Positions 63,155 to 64,000 of a stretch of DNA of 64,000 bases are shown piece by piece. The stretch spans positions 1,418,844 to 1,482,843 of the forward strand of contig NZ_CAXXDI010000001.1 in the NCBI RefSeq assembly GCF_963668215.2, read 5' to 3'. Made by a program: the position numbers and the translations under genes. Below the pieces are notes generated by a model, which saw nothing but the letters and a program-made list of their open reading frames with translations, did no database searches and had not been told where the DNA came from. How positions within the stretch are numbered: the first letter of the stretch is position 1; every line of letters starts with the position of its first letter. The DNA comes from an uncultured Desulfosarcina sp. (GTDB taxonomy: Bacteria; Desulfobacterota; Desulfobacteria; Desulfobacterales; Desulfosarcinaceae).

Positions 63155-63240
63155 CCCCAACCTGTCATTTCGCCAGAAATCCAGGGCCGGGTGGCGTGCC
63201 AGGGTCACAGCCTTGGCTTCTGCTGAACTCCACGTTGGGG
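63155..63240 (+). other. attC-like site 3
   Basis: CCCCAAC ... TGCTGAACTCCAC-GTTGGGG; ends extend to an 11-bp perfect inverted repeat CTTGCCCCAAC/GTTGGGGCAAG; L boxes imperfect. Confidence 0.65.
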
Positions 63241-63252
63241 CAAGCGCTCAAG

Positions 63253-63361
63253 GTAAGCGTTCACAGGGTACCGCATCTGCTTTGTTCCCGGGCACTTGAA
63301 GTATGACCAATACGTCGGCGTGCCCGGCGCCTCACATCTGCGGCACCCTGTAAACGCTTAC
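63253..63361. repeat. Intergenic palindromic MITE/REP-like element (copy 4)
   Basis: GTAAGCGTT.ACAGGGT..CCGCA / TGCGG.ACCCTGT.AACGCTTAC; inner CCGGGCAC/GTGCCCGG; minus strand GAGGCG and GTAT-TGGTC-ATAC. Confidence 0.75.
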
Positions 63362-63496
63362 TGGTCAGGCAGTTGCAGCACATTAGGCATTTCAACCCCG
63401 TGAATACGTACCGCTCAAGATACGGATTACCAGGTGGTGACCGGCCATCTTCCTCACTGTTCGGTTATCGAAATATGATGTGGGTTCGGATTTTTA

Positions 63497-63558
63497 TTCT
63501 AACGATAAATAAAGCGACATAGCTGGAACGAAACGCTGACTAAGTTCGCCTGTTGACG
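63497..63558 (-). other. Degenerate attC-like site (opposite orientation)
   Basis: Immediately after the stop of the minus-strand SBP gene: CGTCAAC ... GCTTTAT-TTATC-GTTAGAA; left L box apparently shortened by about 8 nt. Confidence 0.45.
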
Positions 63559-63559
63559 T

Positions 63560-64000
63560 TCACTTGTAATACCCATTTTCGATTCGATCAATAACTCCAT
63601 CCCCACGCATTTCTTTAAGGACGCTGTCAATTTCATCGATTCTGTCTTTGTATGACGAATGTTTGCCCACACACAAATAAAAGGATACTGAAGATAAATT
63701 ATGAGGGAAAATTTTAATCAGAGGATCGTAGCCTTGGCGGTGCATTTCAAAAATAGTCCGTGTGGATAAAATAACAACATCCGCGCGACCTTGAATTAAA
63801 AAAGGGAAGATACTATCGATATCCGATAGCCAGTGGACATTCATATTTTTTAAATGCTGCTGGGCCCATCCGTCTCCGAGATAGTCTACGATCGTATAAT
63901 CTTTAAGTTGCTCAATGGTCGTGATTTGTTCTATTTCGCTGATTTTTGGATGATTTTGCCGAGTAGCAAGTTTAAGTGTAAATACGATGATGGGTTCATT
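63560..64000 (-). CDS. Solute-binding protein family 3, C-terminal part (5' end outside window)
   Basis: Frame open to base 64000 (NEPIIVFT...DYLGDGW...QGRADV...GVIDRI); AT-rich. Confidence 0.8.
   Translation of the reverse strand, partial: NEPIIVFTLKLATRQNHPKISEIEQITTIEQLKDYTIVDYLGDGWAQQHLKNMNVHWLSDIDSIFPFLIQGRADVVILSTRTIFEMHRQGYDPLIKIFPHNLSSVSFYLCVGKHSSYKDRIDEIDSVLKEMRGDGVIDRIENGYYK

Overview
GC-rich bacterial chromosomal window. Gene content (HdrA-MvhD, IorAB, many PAS hybrid kinases, MCPs, sigma54 regulator) is typical of a sulfate-reducing Desulfobacterota (Desulfobacterales/Desulfosarcina-like); this taxonomic call is inference. Left half (1-25 kb): signalling genes (hybrid kinases, two MCPs, NtrC-type regulator, PAS-LuxR, PAS plus Cys-rich tail), iorAB, a ferritin-like/ino1/sugar-isomerase set, an ErcA-ErcS-like pair and a rhodanese-fused flavoprotein reductase. 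Middle (25-45 kb): solute-binding proteins, an unannotated kinase-fold protein, a SAM-I riboswitch-controlled metY-metX-metW operon, EamA, UbiA/UbiE/UbiG-like genes, an apparently Tat-exported amidohydrolase, a PocR hybrid kinase, EVE and two secreted hypotheticals. Right (45-64 kb): hdrA-mvhD, a BrnT/BrnA-like TA pair, a complete IS1634-family element with 6-bp target duplication, thioesterase, a large FAD/Fe-S oxidoreductase, TerB-like/CaCA/SBP/kinase/CMD genes. The right end holds a cluster of integron attC-like sites framing an Mrr nuclease cassette and an inverted YefM-YoeB cassette; no integrase is present in the window. A family of four intergenic palindromic elements shares structure (bulge motifs and a central mini-hairpin) rather than stem sequence. 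No rRNA, tRNA or CRISPR array was seen. All product calls come from motif recognition by eye; no database searches were run.
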